Below are positions 1 through 18,754 of a DNA stretch of 64,000 nt, piece after piece. This DNA is from Eledone cirrhosa (taxonomy: Eukaryota): positions 94,364,001-94,428,000 of the forward strand of contig OZ024743.1 in assembly GCA_964016885.1 (NCBI GenBank). The letters are read 5' to 3'. Under the pieces are notes generated by a model. It searched no databases and was not told where the DNA came from. It worked only from the letters and a program-made list of their open reading frames with translations. Each line of letters opens with the position of its first letter. The stretch's first letter is position 1. A program made the translations under genes and the position numbers.

Positions 1-674
1 AGTTACCGTAAATGCTTCGAACTGTTTTGCTACTCTGGCAAAACTCAGGGTGGTTTTTTAATGTCATTGTTGTTGTTGTTGCTATCGTTATTTTTGTTAT
101 TATTAATTTTAGTTTCAGTTGTGGTGATGGTGACGTCAGTGAAATTCGGTTTGGGGGAGTCCATTTTGGTTGAAAATATTTCGACATCACGAGTTGATTT
201 ATTTTTTCCTTTTGTTTCTGTTGTCGCGGTGGTGGTGGGGGTGGTGGTTGTCGCGGTGGTGGTGGTGGTGGTGGCGGCTTTAACACCTGCAGTCATTGGT
301 AATGGCGGGAAATGAATGTCTGCCTGAGACAAATTAAAAATATTGCTATTGCTTAAATTGTGTGTGTTGGCAGACGTAGTATCATTTACAATGGTGGTGT
401 CGGTGTGAGGTGTTAATTTGTGAGAAAGGCTTTCAGCTGCTTGGTGCAGTGGTGAATTAGCCATTTTCTTTTCAAAGAAATTTTTTGATAATCATAAAAG
501 TTTAAATTTTGGGCACAAGGCCCCAATCTTTTTGGGTCTCCTTTTCGGAAAACATTGTATGTGCGCTTATATATAGTTAACAATAAAAATTTTCCATAAA
601 TGGCAATTTTTAACAAACGGAAATAACAAACCTTTGCGAAGCTCACGATGATACGATTTACTACGTAGGTCGCC

Positions 675-676
<2 letters not shown>
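1..676 (-). mobile_element. Possible 5' end (UTR and start of ORF1/gag-like region) of a retroelement next to an (AAT)n tract; runs off the window
   Basis: Low-complexity Thr/Asn-rich ORF 45..464. A frameshift in the A7 run near 53-59 would continue it as KTTLSFARVAKQFEAF, an S[FY]AxV motif common in non-LTR ORF1 proteins. The sequence begins abruptly (TTGGCGAC) at the edge of the (AAT)n tract. No diagnostic domain is visible. Confidence 0.35.

Positions 677-755
<79 letters not shown>
676..755. repeat. (AAT)n microsatellite
   Basis: Direct reading. Confidence 0.98.
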
Positions 756-793
756 TTACTTATAATTACTGGACAGTAATTATAAGTAAATTA
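752..793. repeat. Perfect hairpin, 20-bp arms and 2-nt loop
   Basis: taatttacttataattactg-ga-cagtaattataagtaaatta; the arms are exact reverse complements. Confidence 0.95.
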
Positions 794-1544
794 AAGATCA
801 GTCGAAACCGAAATAATTCCGTTAACAATTTTGAAAATATGGTTAAGAGGGCTCCATCTTTTATTTATTTAGGAAGTGAAAAAAACATGGAAATTCAAGT
901 AATATACTGCAATTCTTCTTGACCAATACACCGCTGTGTTAGAACAGATATTAGCATTATTCCGCACACAGAAAGACGAGATGTTTCCGAATAATGTGGT
1001 TATGTGAGGATGAAGTGAACTATGCATAAAGAAAGAAACTTTATTGGTGAAATATTTTTTTGAAATGTTTTTAAATTTTATTTTTTTTTTAATTTATGAA
1101 TTTATAAAAAGCTTCATTTGTCGACAAATGTAAACATTGGCTAAAGAACCACCTTATTTTACGTTTTATCAATGGAAATCTGTTTTGTTTCTTTTTTTTT
1201 ACTTTTCAGCAAAAACAAGGAAAAACTTAACATTTTTCAAATAGGTGTTGAAGTATATATTTTTTGAAAATTCTACACTCTATGTATTTCGTGAAAAGTT
1301 CACACTGCTATAATTAGGATAACTTCTTAGTTTTCAAAGTTTTGCAGTACTTTTACGAAAGGTGTTTTAGCTTAACTCTTAACATCTAAAAATGAGTTTC
1401 TTAATTCAAATGTTTAGACATGTTACTTCTGGACAGATCATTGTAAAATATTACAGAAAAACTAAAATAAAAACTTGAATTTACAATGTGATGGAATCGA
1501 GTGCTGTGTTCTACTTTTCAACAATTCAGCTTCATGTGGTACAG

Positions 1545-1935
1545 GAAAGATCTGTTGATGAACTTTTGTTTGTTGAAAAATCTTTTGGTGAGCTTTACTT
1601 TGCTGAAAGATCTGTTGATGAACTTTTGTTTGTTGAAAAATCTTTTGGTGAGCTTTACTTTGCTGAAAGATCTGTTGATGAGCTTTTGTTTGTTGAAGGT
1701 CTGTTGGTGAGGTTTAGTTTGTTGAAAGATCTGTTAGTAAGCTTTTGTTTGTTGAAATATCTGTTGGTGAGCTTTAGTTTGTTGAAAGATTTGTTGGTGA
1801 GCTTTACTTTGCTGAAAGATCTGTTGATGAACTTTTGTTTTTTGAATGATCTGTTGGTGATCTTTAGTTTGTAAAATATATTTTGGTGAGATTTATTTTG
1901 TTGAAAGATATATGGGTGAGATTTAGTTTGCCAAA
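1545..1935. repeat. ~30-bp minisatellite with 60-bp higher-order repeat at its left end
   Basis: Unit ~gaaagatctgttg(a/g)tga(a/g)ctttt(g/a)gtttgtt, about 13 copies, decaying rightwards; 1561-1620 is identical to 1621-1680. Confidence 0.9.
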
Positions 1936-2665
1936 ATATTTCTCAGTAGACGCTGCCATTTCAGGTAAGATATAGAATATTCGCTGTACAATAGATGCAT
2001 TTGTGGTAAATGTCATCTAACAATTAATAAACAATGTTTCCTATGTTCATTATTCTTATTTCAATCATTTTAATAAACAATTTTGGTAGGGCGTTCGTCC
2101 ACAGAAGTTGGATAACACTGATCCAGAGCTAAGCACTAGCAGTTGAAACTCCTAAGTTGTTGTTGTTGTTGGATTTCGACGACGAGTGTTCCAATTGATT
2201 CGATCAATGGAACCGCATGATCAATGGAATATGCTAGTGGCTAAGCATACCCCCCCCCCCACACGTGTAGTCTTAATGTTATTCTCAAGAAGATTCAGCG
2301 TGACATATGTGTTATAAGACTGGTCGTTTGAGTTACAGGTACAGTTCATCTTGTATCATAGTGTAAGTGGCTGAGTATTTCACAGTAATATCTACCCTTA
2401 ACGTAGTTCTCAGGGAGATTCAGTGTGGCACAGCATGGTCGAAGTCTGATGACTAAAATCATTGAAAAATTAAAGAATAAAAGAACATGTTAGAAAGAAT
2501 ATCATTTAATTCAATTGTCTCTTGTATATATCTGGTACATTTCGAACCCCAGTACATAATTGGCACGTGTTTTGAACCCCAGTATATAACTGCTACGTGT
2601 TTTATATATTAATTGACCTCAGACCATATCAGGTACGTGTAGTTTTATATAAACTGACTCTAGTA

Positions 2666-3198
2666 CACTTTCTCATGGTAAGACGTGTGACTTGAGAATT
2701 GGGTGTATAAATTATGTTATAGGTTATATTATATATACTATGCTCTGTACTGCTATGGGAAGACGTATGGCTTAGTGGTTAAGCGTCGGGCTTACAATCG
2801 TGAGGGTGTGGGTTCGTTTCTCGGGCCGGGTTTTGCGTTGTGTTCTTGAGCAAAACATTTTATTTCATATTGCTCTAGTTTACTCAGCTGTAGAAATGAG
2901 TTGCGAGTCACTGGTGCGAAACATTACCTTTCCCTTGGACAACATCAGTGGTGCAGAGAGGGGAGACTGGTATGCATGGGTGACTGCTGGTTTTCTGCAA
3001 ACAACCTTGCCCGGACTTGAGCCTCGGAGGAGAACTTTCTAGGTTCAAATCCCATGATCATTCGTGACCGAAGGGGGTCTTTACCCTTTACCCTGTAACG
3101 TTATATACTTTGTTTGATCGTAGTGGAGTGTAGGGTTTTTTTTGTGGTGGTGGGGAAATCGATGTGGGGCATGGGAGAAAAAAGTTTGAGAGACACTG
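2666..3198. mobile_element. hAT-type MITE with nested SINE
   Basis: 8-bp direct repeat ctctagta at 2658-2665 and 3199-3206. The right end ttgagagacactg resembles a hAT/Charlie TIR; the left end cactttctca is degenerate. Confidence 0.55.
2757..3095 (+). mobile_element. tRNA-derived SINE
   Basis: Pol III A-box-like tggcttagtggtt and B-box-like gggttcgtttc at the 5' end; short (TTTACCC) repeat tail. Confidence 0.75.
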
Positions 3199-4017
3199 CT
3201 CTAGTACATATTTGCTATAAGTTGTTTTATATCAATCAATTCACCCCTTGTACATAACTGGTATGTTGTTTTATATCAACCAACTGTAGTACGTAAGTGA
3301 TACGTATTTTATAAATTCATGAGGAGAAAAAAAACAATAATACTAATATTTCGTGTGATAAATAATTTTATTATTCAACAAATATTACACATGACGTTTG
3401 AAATATGAAAAGACGTTGTTTATAACATGGTGGTTATATAATTTATGACATGGAAGTCTATTGTATATAACATGAACGGATAACGTTTATAACATAGAAG
3501 TATATTGTTTATAATATAGTGGTTTATATCATTTATAGAATAATGGTTAGATAATTTATAAAATAGAATTATATATTTTTTAATAAGAAGGCTATATTCA
3601 TTTATACCACTGCAGGATATCGTTTATAACATGATAGTTATATAATCTCTGAAACAGAGTTTAGTAGATATGATATTGTGTCGTTACTGCCTTTCCTAAG
3701 AATGGATTGTAAAGTTATGAAAATAATTCTATATAACGACATCTGGAGTAGTTTGTATGTTTATATAAATACATACCAAATATTTAATATCTGGACACAG
3801 TTTTTGATTTATTTTATAAATGTAAAACAAAATAAGATAGGAGAAAGAGAAGAAGTGATGTTCATTCCTTTCTTAAGGTATTAGTGACATGGAAGATGTG
3901 GTATGATAACTGATACGACAGATACTAACAATACTCACATATAGACACACAATGTTTTTCTTTTTCTCTCTCACTCTCTCTCTTATACATGCACGCACAC
4001 TCACAAACACACACAGA

Positions 4018-4212
<195 letters not shown>

Positions 4213-4604
4213 TTAACCCAGGTTTGATAGAAACTGGACTTAGATATTCAATAATTTATCATAATGTCATCTTCAAATCCCGTCGAGGTCAACTTTGTCT
4301 TTTATCCTTTCGGGTTCGATAAATAAACTGCCACTCTAACATGGGGCGGGTGGGGGTATATGTAGATTAGCAGAATTGCTTGTTGAAGAATAAGATAGGC
4401 TCTGAGGGTTCTTAGTTCAAATATCACCCCGTTTTGGTAATGTAAAGAACAATAGCAATACATGCTTCCTTTGGTTCAATCTGTTGATCGACCCTCTACC
4501 TTTTTTAAAATGGATTGGTGAATAGCGGCGGAGAGGTTTGAGAGTAAGAACAGTAACAATATGGCGGATATAAACAGCAACTGCGGAAATAAGAAGTGAG
4601 GTAT

Positions 4605-4820
4605 AATTGTTTCTACTTTTGGCACAAGGGCAGCAATTTGATGGAAAGTAGAAAGTGGATTAACTTAACCCCAGTGCGTTACTGGTATTTTATTTTATCG
4701 ACCCATTAGGGATAAAAGACAAAGCTTAAGCTCGATGGGATTTTAACTCGGGACGTAGAGAGCCTGAACAAATATTGCAAAGCATGTTCGACGCTCATGC
4801 GATTCAGTCAGCCAACCACC
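4605..4820 (-). mobile_element. SINE copy of the abundant family with core gagttcaaatcccgccgaggt..ctttgcctttcatcct..ggggtcgataaa
   Basis: Same core and tail (cttgtgccaaaagtagaaacaatt) as copies at 9710, 11045, 19180, 32170, 36700 and 47455. Confidence 0.75.
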
Positions 4821-4960
4821 ATAAAATTAATGAACGAATTAAATCTGAATAGCAGGGCGTAGTTTTGATCTGTGGACATCTGGGTTATGGGTCACGCTGC
4901 TGAATAAGGGAGTTATGATAATGCCTGTTTGATGCGAAGATTTTATAGCTTTGGTAAGTA

Positions 4961-11759
<6,799 letters not shown>

Positions 11760-11919
11760 TTTAGGTGTTATTTTAATCTGAAAAAATAAATAAAAGTAAA
11801 AACTAAATATATAAATATATATTGTAAACCAAAAAACGAACGCTTTTAATTTCAGCCATTATATATATATATATATTAATTCAAAATATTAACAAAATAG
11901 ATATTCTTGTGATCAAGTA

Positions 11920-11966
11920 TATTTTATTATACATATTTCAACAGTACGTCCTCATCAGATAAAATA
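11920..11966 (-). ncRNA. Candidate minimal type-I hammerhead ribozyme in intron 1 of gene 1 (sense orientation)
   Basis: Minus strand reads tattttat-CTGATGA-ggacgtactgtt-GAAA-tatgta-TA-ataaaata; 8-bp stem I, weak stem II. Confidence 0.6.
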
Positions 11967-12027
11967 AGATGATGCATGACATACCCTGACATAGTAGATG
12001 GTTAAGATTCAGTCATGGTAGTCATTT

Positions 12028-12081
<54 letters not shown>

Positions 12082-12152
12082 GGAAAAGAATGAAACGAAA
12101 TTTCATTTCTCACTCTTAGTACGGCTGATACTTAAATGTAAATATGTACACG

Positions 12153-12675
12153 TACATACATATATGTATACAGACGTACAGTACTACTGTACATACATAT
12201 ATGTATACAGACGTACAGTAGTACTGTACATACATATATGTATACAGACGTACAGTAGTACTGTACATACATATATGTATACAGACGTACAGTAGTACTG
12301 TACATACATATATGTATACAGACGTACAGTACTACTGTACATAAATATATGTATACAGACGTACAGTACTACTGTACATACATATATGTATACAGACGTA
12401 CAGTACTACTGTACATACATATATGTATACAGACGTACAGTACTACTGTACATACATATATGTATACAAACGTACAGTACTACTGTACATACATATATGT
12501 ATACAGACGTACAGTACTACTGTACATACATATATGTATACAGACGTAAAGTACTACTGTACATACATATATGTATACAGACGTACAGTACTACTGTACA
12601 TACATATATGTATACAGACGTACAGTACTACTGTACATACATATATGTATACAGACGTACAGTACTACTGTACGT
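12153..12675. repeat. 37-bp minisatellite, 14 copies
   Basis: Unit tacatacatatatgtatacagacgtacagtactactg; cagacg-type anchors recur every 37 bp from 12171 to 12652. Confidence 0.97.
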
Positions 12676-12867
12676 CTGTATACATATATGTATGTACGTA
12701 TACATATTTACATATATATAAAGAGTCGGGACCCGATGTTTGAAACGGCAAGAGCTCAGCTGTCGGGTCCCGATTCTGTATAATGTTAGTCATACTCTAC
12801 TACCCCAAGTATCGAGTACTCTGATGAGTAATGGTCTAACTAGTTTCAAACTGCTTCTATCCTAATA

Positions 12868-12917
<50 letters not shown>

Positions 12918-13116
12918 CACTATTATCGTAGACGACAGACGAGGGCTCGGAAAATATGATGTTATGTGTTCTCGTGTATTTTCAAACAGTTTGCAGTATT
13001 TAAAAGGCACAAACGTTGCCCAATAATCCGGTGGCACGTCGTGTCCTTAAGCAAGACAGTGTATTTTACATTGTTCCAGGTACCATATATACAAGTATAT
13101 AAGTCAAGCTATATAC

Positions 13117-13151
<35 letters not shown>

Positions 13152-13320
13152 AAGACTGACAGAGTTGATCACACACTATATTGCCATATAGAGAATACGT
13201 GTTGCATAGAAAGAGATATAATGTTAAGCTTCCATACCTAAAGCCCCCACCAGTAAATAAAACACCCTAGAAAAAGAAAACTAAAAAACGAACGAAAATC
13301 TAAAGCCGTTCTTTACTTAC

Positions 13321-13399
13321 GCTTGGTCAATTTGTGTTGTTTCGTATCAAATATCTTTTCTTTAATAACGTTTAAGTAAAAATACACACCGTATTTATA
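13321..13399 (-). promoter_or_regulatory. Putative TATA box and short non-coding exon 1 of gene 1
   Basis: TATAAATA at 13399-13392 and donor AAGC|GTAAGT at 13321/13320. The first coding exon has an acceptor at 11777, only 18 nt before the ATG, which suggests an upstream exon. Gene 2 shows the same layout. Confidence 0.5.
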
Positions 13400-14030
13400 G
13401 GGATTCAGACCCCGATTCTCCACCTTCTTTTTTTAATTTTTATGAACCTTTTATTTATTCAAATATTTATCTATTAATCTTTTGTTAATTATTTCATTGA
13501 GAAATATACCTTAGCTTGAGGAATTTGCGATTCACGTGAACATATTTATATAAAAGAATAAAGAAGATAATTGTTCTATCAGCAAGAGAAAATATTTTAT
13601 TGTTCTCTATTTTGAGTTAACGGTTGATTTCCGGCACTTGTCAATCATGTTCTCACGCTTTCATTTTCTTGTTTGACTTCTATGTATGTATGTGTATGTG
13701 TGTGTGTGTATGTATGTATGTAGTTTTATGTAATATAATGCATGCTTATTTTACGCTAGTATCTCGTGTCTTCATGTGTGACTACAAAATTGTATTGTGT
13801 ATCCACGAGGCCAAACACGTGTGCTGACCGACAGAGGTCATTGGTGACCCAAGAGCTATTTCCTCGCCTTCACACTGCGGAAGTAGATGGCAAATTGATA
13901 TTCCTTAAGAATTTGACCCCAAAACTCCAGATTTCGGTTACTTGGCCACAATTTGAACTTTAGATCATACGGAGCCGAAACAATATTATAAGCAAGTCTT
14001 CTACAATTCTTGTCACTCCATAGTCTTTTT

Positions 14031-14092
<62 letters not shown>

Positions 14093-14201
14093 GAGAAGCG
14101 CAAACACTTTTTTTAAAGTGTTCGTTTCGGAACCAAGTGGTTCTGGGTTCAATCTCGTTGCATACAACCTTGGTCAAGTGTCTTCTACTATAACTCTGTG
14201 A

Positions 14202-14243
<42 letters not shown>

Positions 14244-14387
14244 GCATATGTATGTATGTTTGTATGTATGTATGTATTTATATTTGTATGAATGTATGTA
14301 TGTATGGATGCAAGTATGTAAGTATATAAGTAAATATATATATTAATGGGGTTGAGATTCGACCGCTAACACGAGCGGTTTCGGCTG

Positions 14388-14419
<32 letters not shown>

Positions 14420-14425
14420 CATATA

Positions 14426-14509
<84 letters not shown>

Positions 14510-14851
14510 GAGAAAATCTGCTTCGTAGTATCGAGACGTATCCGAGGACCGCGCGATTTCAAAGTCAGGTTTGATCACCACATCGATCGTGCCTCGAGCT
14601 GATCGGCTGAGAAACAACTGTAATATGTCCAATAAATTCCTTTCGTCGCAACACTGATTCTCTTTTTTCTGTGATATCATACTCTGCTCTATGAGGGCAT
14701 CGAGTGCTCATACGGCCTACTGCATACGGACGCTTTAAGCACCCAACACCAATTATATATATACTACCCTAACTATTGAGTACTCTAGTGCGTTGTGGTC
14801 CATCTGGTTCCTTACCACAATTCCTTCGTTATATATATATATATATATATA

Positions 14852-15250
14852 TATATTAATAAGAGGAATTCCAACTTTGTCTGATTTACTCGTTTTATTT
14901 ACAATCCTTTAAAATATATATAATGGTATTATAATGAAATAGTATGATAGAATATTAAATTCTAAGTGTTAATTGAACAAGTACTTTCATGCTTTCGCAA
15001 TCTTCAGGTTCATGATATGTGGTGACAGTCGAGTTTGCAATTTTCAACTGTCAGTTGAAAATTGCAAACTCGACTGTCACCACATATCATGAACCTGAAG
15101 ATTGCGAAAGCATGAACGTACTTGTTCAATTAACACTTAGAATTTAATATTCTATCATACTATTTCATTATAATACCATTATATATATTTTAAAGGATTG
15201 TAAATAAAACGAGTAAATCAGACAAAGTTGGAATTCCTCTTATTAATATA
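14852..15250. repeat. 399-bp near-perfect palindrome (1-nt spacer at 15051) with a hammerhead-like motif in each arm
   Basis: Arms are reverse complements with one mismatch seen; starts in a (TA)n tract. Confidence 0.95.
14974..15012 (-). ncRNA. Candidate minimal type-I hammerhead ribozyme
   Basis: Minus strand reads tgaac-CTGAAGA-t-tgc-gaaa-gca-t-GAAA-gtac-TT-gttca. The mirror copy at 15090-15128 (+) has GAAC in place of GAAA. Confidence 0.6.
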
Positions 15251-15633
15251 ATCTTCTATACACAATCATACACACTCGTGTATATTTACCTATCTATATC
15301 TATATATATATATATATATATTAGTTTTGCGAGGTTTTTGATATGAAATCGTGTGTCGAAACAAATAAATAAATATATAAACAGACTAAATAAAGATGGC
15401 GTAGAAAAAACAATGTAACGAGAGGAAACAATAGCACCACTGACGATGTTGCAGATGAACTATATATATGTGTTTGTGTCTATATTGTATCTGTATTATT
15501 TTTGACCGTTGGTCAGTTAATGGCAACATTGAGGACCGAATAAATTAGATTACCGATATAAAAGACACAGACCAAAGTATAACAATATATATATATATAT
15601 ATAACAATATATATACATATATAACCAAAGTAT

Positions 15634-15684
<51 letters not shown>

Positions 15685-16117
15685 AAGAGAGAATATAAAT
15701 GGCACTCCATATACATACATCTATCTATCTCTCTCTCTATATATACACATATGTGTATATATATGTCGGCTGTCACAAAGAGTCATGACTGGCATGGGCT
15801 GGGGTTTGGATTCTGTCGATCGATTGGTTATTGATTAGGCGATACCCGCTGATGAAGCCGCATAAGCTGAAAGTGCATTGTTGCATAATATATGCAGACG
15901 GATGGTGCAGTGCACCTTACTGCTGCATAAAGTGCGGCCGAAACTCGAGTCCGGGAACTATTATAGGCACCCGTTTTACGCGTGTTGTATTGAGGCAAAT
16001 AACTATGTGTATACTCTGGGAATGTATCTTACATAACCCATGGAATACGCTGAGATACAACCGGTACTGGCATTGATAAATATGCTGGGTCCGTCAAATC
16101 CTTATATATAACACTCC

Positions 16118-16179
<62 letters not shown>

Positions 16180-17216
16180 AAATGGAGCGCGCGCTCTTCC
16201 AATTCCTTTGGAAGAAACGGGCTCCTTTGGTGAGAAGATCCATCTGCTGCCAACACCCTTCAAACGGAGGGCTGGGGTTGCCGTGGCTGACGATGCGCAA
16301 ACACGCACTCAGGCTGCGGCACCTCCTCGTATTCCTCACCAGACAACCGGTGTGGGCCCCGTTCGTGAGGCGAGCCTTCCCACGACTCGTCTCGCTGACC
16401 GAGCTGCAGACCTGGGTCAAGCAAGGACCGAGGAAAATGGGCGACTGGCATATCGAATGTGCTCAGGCGCTCACAGTCCTCCGGCAAACGGACCCGGCGA
16501 TCAGTGGAGACTCCACTTCGACATTCTATAGAGGGTTGGTCGGCAGCAAGTGCGATGACACGCTCGGAGAAACTCTAGGCGTAGAGGAGGACGAACTGGC
16601 CAGTCTGTTCGGTAGGACCTTCCGCCCGGGACCAATGGACAACTTCCAAAAGTCCCTGGCCTGGCAGTGCTACCGAGGAGCTCTACCAGTTCGAGACAAG
16701 CTCTACAGACACGGGCGCCCGGGTAGGGACCCTTCGAAAAAGATCTGTCCGAGATGCGTGCGCGACGAGGAAATCGTCGCACACACATTTGTACACTTCC
16801 CGGGCGTTACCGACCTGTGGGGCTATGTAGAACGACTATTGTCGCGGGTGGGACCAATCCAGTTGACCACCGAGTCCATTGTCATGATCAAACCGCCACC
16901 CTCCTTCAAAAACGAGGGAGAGGCGGTTTTCCTATGTGTTATGGCTATGGTGAAAGAGGTTATATGGTGGACGAGGTTAAAAGGGCTGAGGTCAGACACC
17001 TTTCTCTCCGGCGAGCAACTGATTCGTTTTTTCAAATATCATTTTGGAAGACGAATCAGGATGGAGAGAGAGGTACTGTACCCCAGCAAATTTTATAAAA
17101 GGTGGGTGAATGTGACAAAGATGGCCCGAGTGGTTGGGCCTTCTCCCCATTTGTATTTGTCCCCATTTGTATTTGTCCCCTTCTTTTGTGCCCTTGTGGC
17201 TAATAAAGAAATTTAT
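16180..17216 (+). mobile_element. 5'-truncated Tx1/L1-like LINE (ORF2 C-terminus with CCHC zinc finger), internal 3' deletion
   Basis: FLWKK..GGLGLP and ALPVRDKL..CPRC..E..H.F motifs; ends in aataaagaaa; flanked by (TCTA)n; lacks ~45117-45294 of the sister copy. Confidence 0.88.
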
Positions 17217-17221
17217 CTATC

Positions 17222-17353
<132 letters not shown>

Positions 17354-17407
17354 TATATAGAGATAGATAGATATATAGATAGATAGATAGATTTCTTTAT
17401 TAGCCAC

Positions 17408-17440
<33 letters not shown>

Positions 17441-18164
17441 GTATATATGGAGTGTTCACGGCCGGGACGTCCATAAATCAGGGTAGTATTCGAAACATAT
17501 CTGATTGAAGAGTATGTAGAAGTATAAGGTATAGTCTCAATAGTGGGCCCGTTCCGTTTCGGCTTGATATGAGGCCTAGCCAAGTATATGAGTCTAGTGC
17601 TTTATTGGTAAAAGTATAAATATTTATTACTGATAATTTGTGAAAATATTGTACATACACAAAATTGTGGGCTTTTGTATTCTTTTTGCTTCCAAGATCA
17701 CGCGGAGACGAAACAATATTATAAGCAAGTCTTCTACAATTCTTGTCACTCCATAGCCTTTTCTACTACTACTACTACTACTACTACTGCTACTACTACT
17801 ACTACTACTCTTTTCCTGTTTTCTTGTTTATTCTGTCGTTTGTCTCGCTTTTTCGTCTTACTACCAAACATTCTCTCTTATATTTCTTTCTCTATTAGCG
17901 TTCTAACTATATCAAGTGTTGAACTAATATATCACCATTGTATTGTATTGTATTGTTCCCGTGTGTTGTTTTTCCTTGATTTTTTTTCTGTGTGTGTGTG
18001 TGTTTGTGTTTGAGTGTATATGTGATTGTGTATGTGTGTGTGTGAATTATTTGTAAAAAAAAAAAAGGGATTGAAAATGTCTTGTGACGAGGGTTTGTAG
18101 AGACCGGAAATTCTAATAAAAGGATGTTTTCACCACACATATTGAGGGACTTAAATGTTCGAAA

Positions 18165-18255
<91 letters not shown>

Positions 18256-18754
18256 AATGGGTGTGTATATATTTTTTCCCATCTTTGACAGCATTTAGCT
18301 GTTTTAACGGCTGTTCAAGCCATGATTTTTTTTTCATTTTTATATGAATTCAATAAAAGAAAAATAGGAAGTAATTTTATGTGTTTATTGATATATATAA
18401 TGAAATTGGATTAGAATTATTTTAATTAAAAATAATTAAATGTCCTGATCAATAAATAATTGATTGAAAAATAGTAACAGGTTCAGAAACAAATATAGTA
18501 GAATTCTATTGAAAATTAGCACCGGATTCCATATTTCTATCTTTCTCACCATTCATTCCCCATGTATATAATCATTTATTACCTGTCCTTCCATCCATTC
18601 AATCCATACATCTTCCCATCCTGCAATCCATTCTTACGTTGACTGTTGTTAAATGATGTTCTCTCTTAAACAGTACAATTCAAACGTCTTTTGAAACTAC
18701 ACGTTCAAATGTGTAGTTTCATTAGGAATGTTGCTTAGTAAAAATGTTGCTGGG

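Noticed and set aside
1488-1874. ORFs over the 30-bp repeat
   Set aside because: A shortened unit shifts the repeat frame midway, there is no domain similarity, and openness is explained by the unit length being a multiple of 3.
2757-2835. tRNA gene
   Set aside because: A/B boxes are present but there is no convincing cloverleaf, and it continues into a SINE body.
12153-12675. CRISPR-like regular 37-bp repeats
   Set aside because: Units are contiguous with no unique spacers, there are no cas genes, and the context is eukaryotic.
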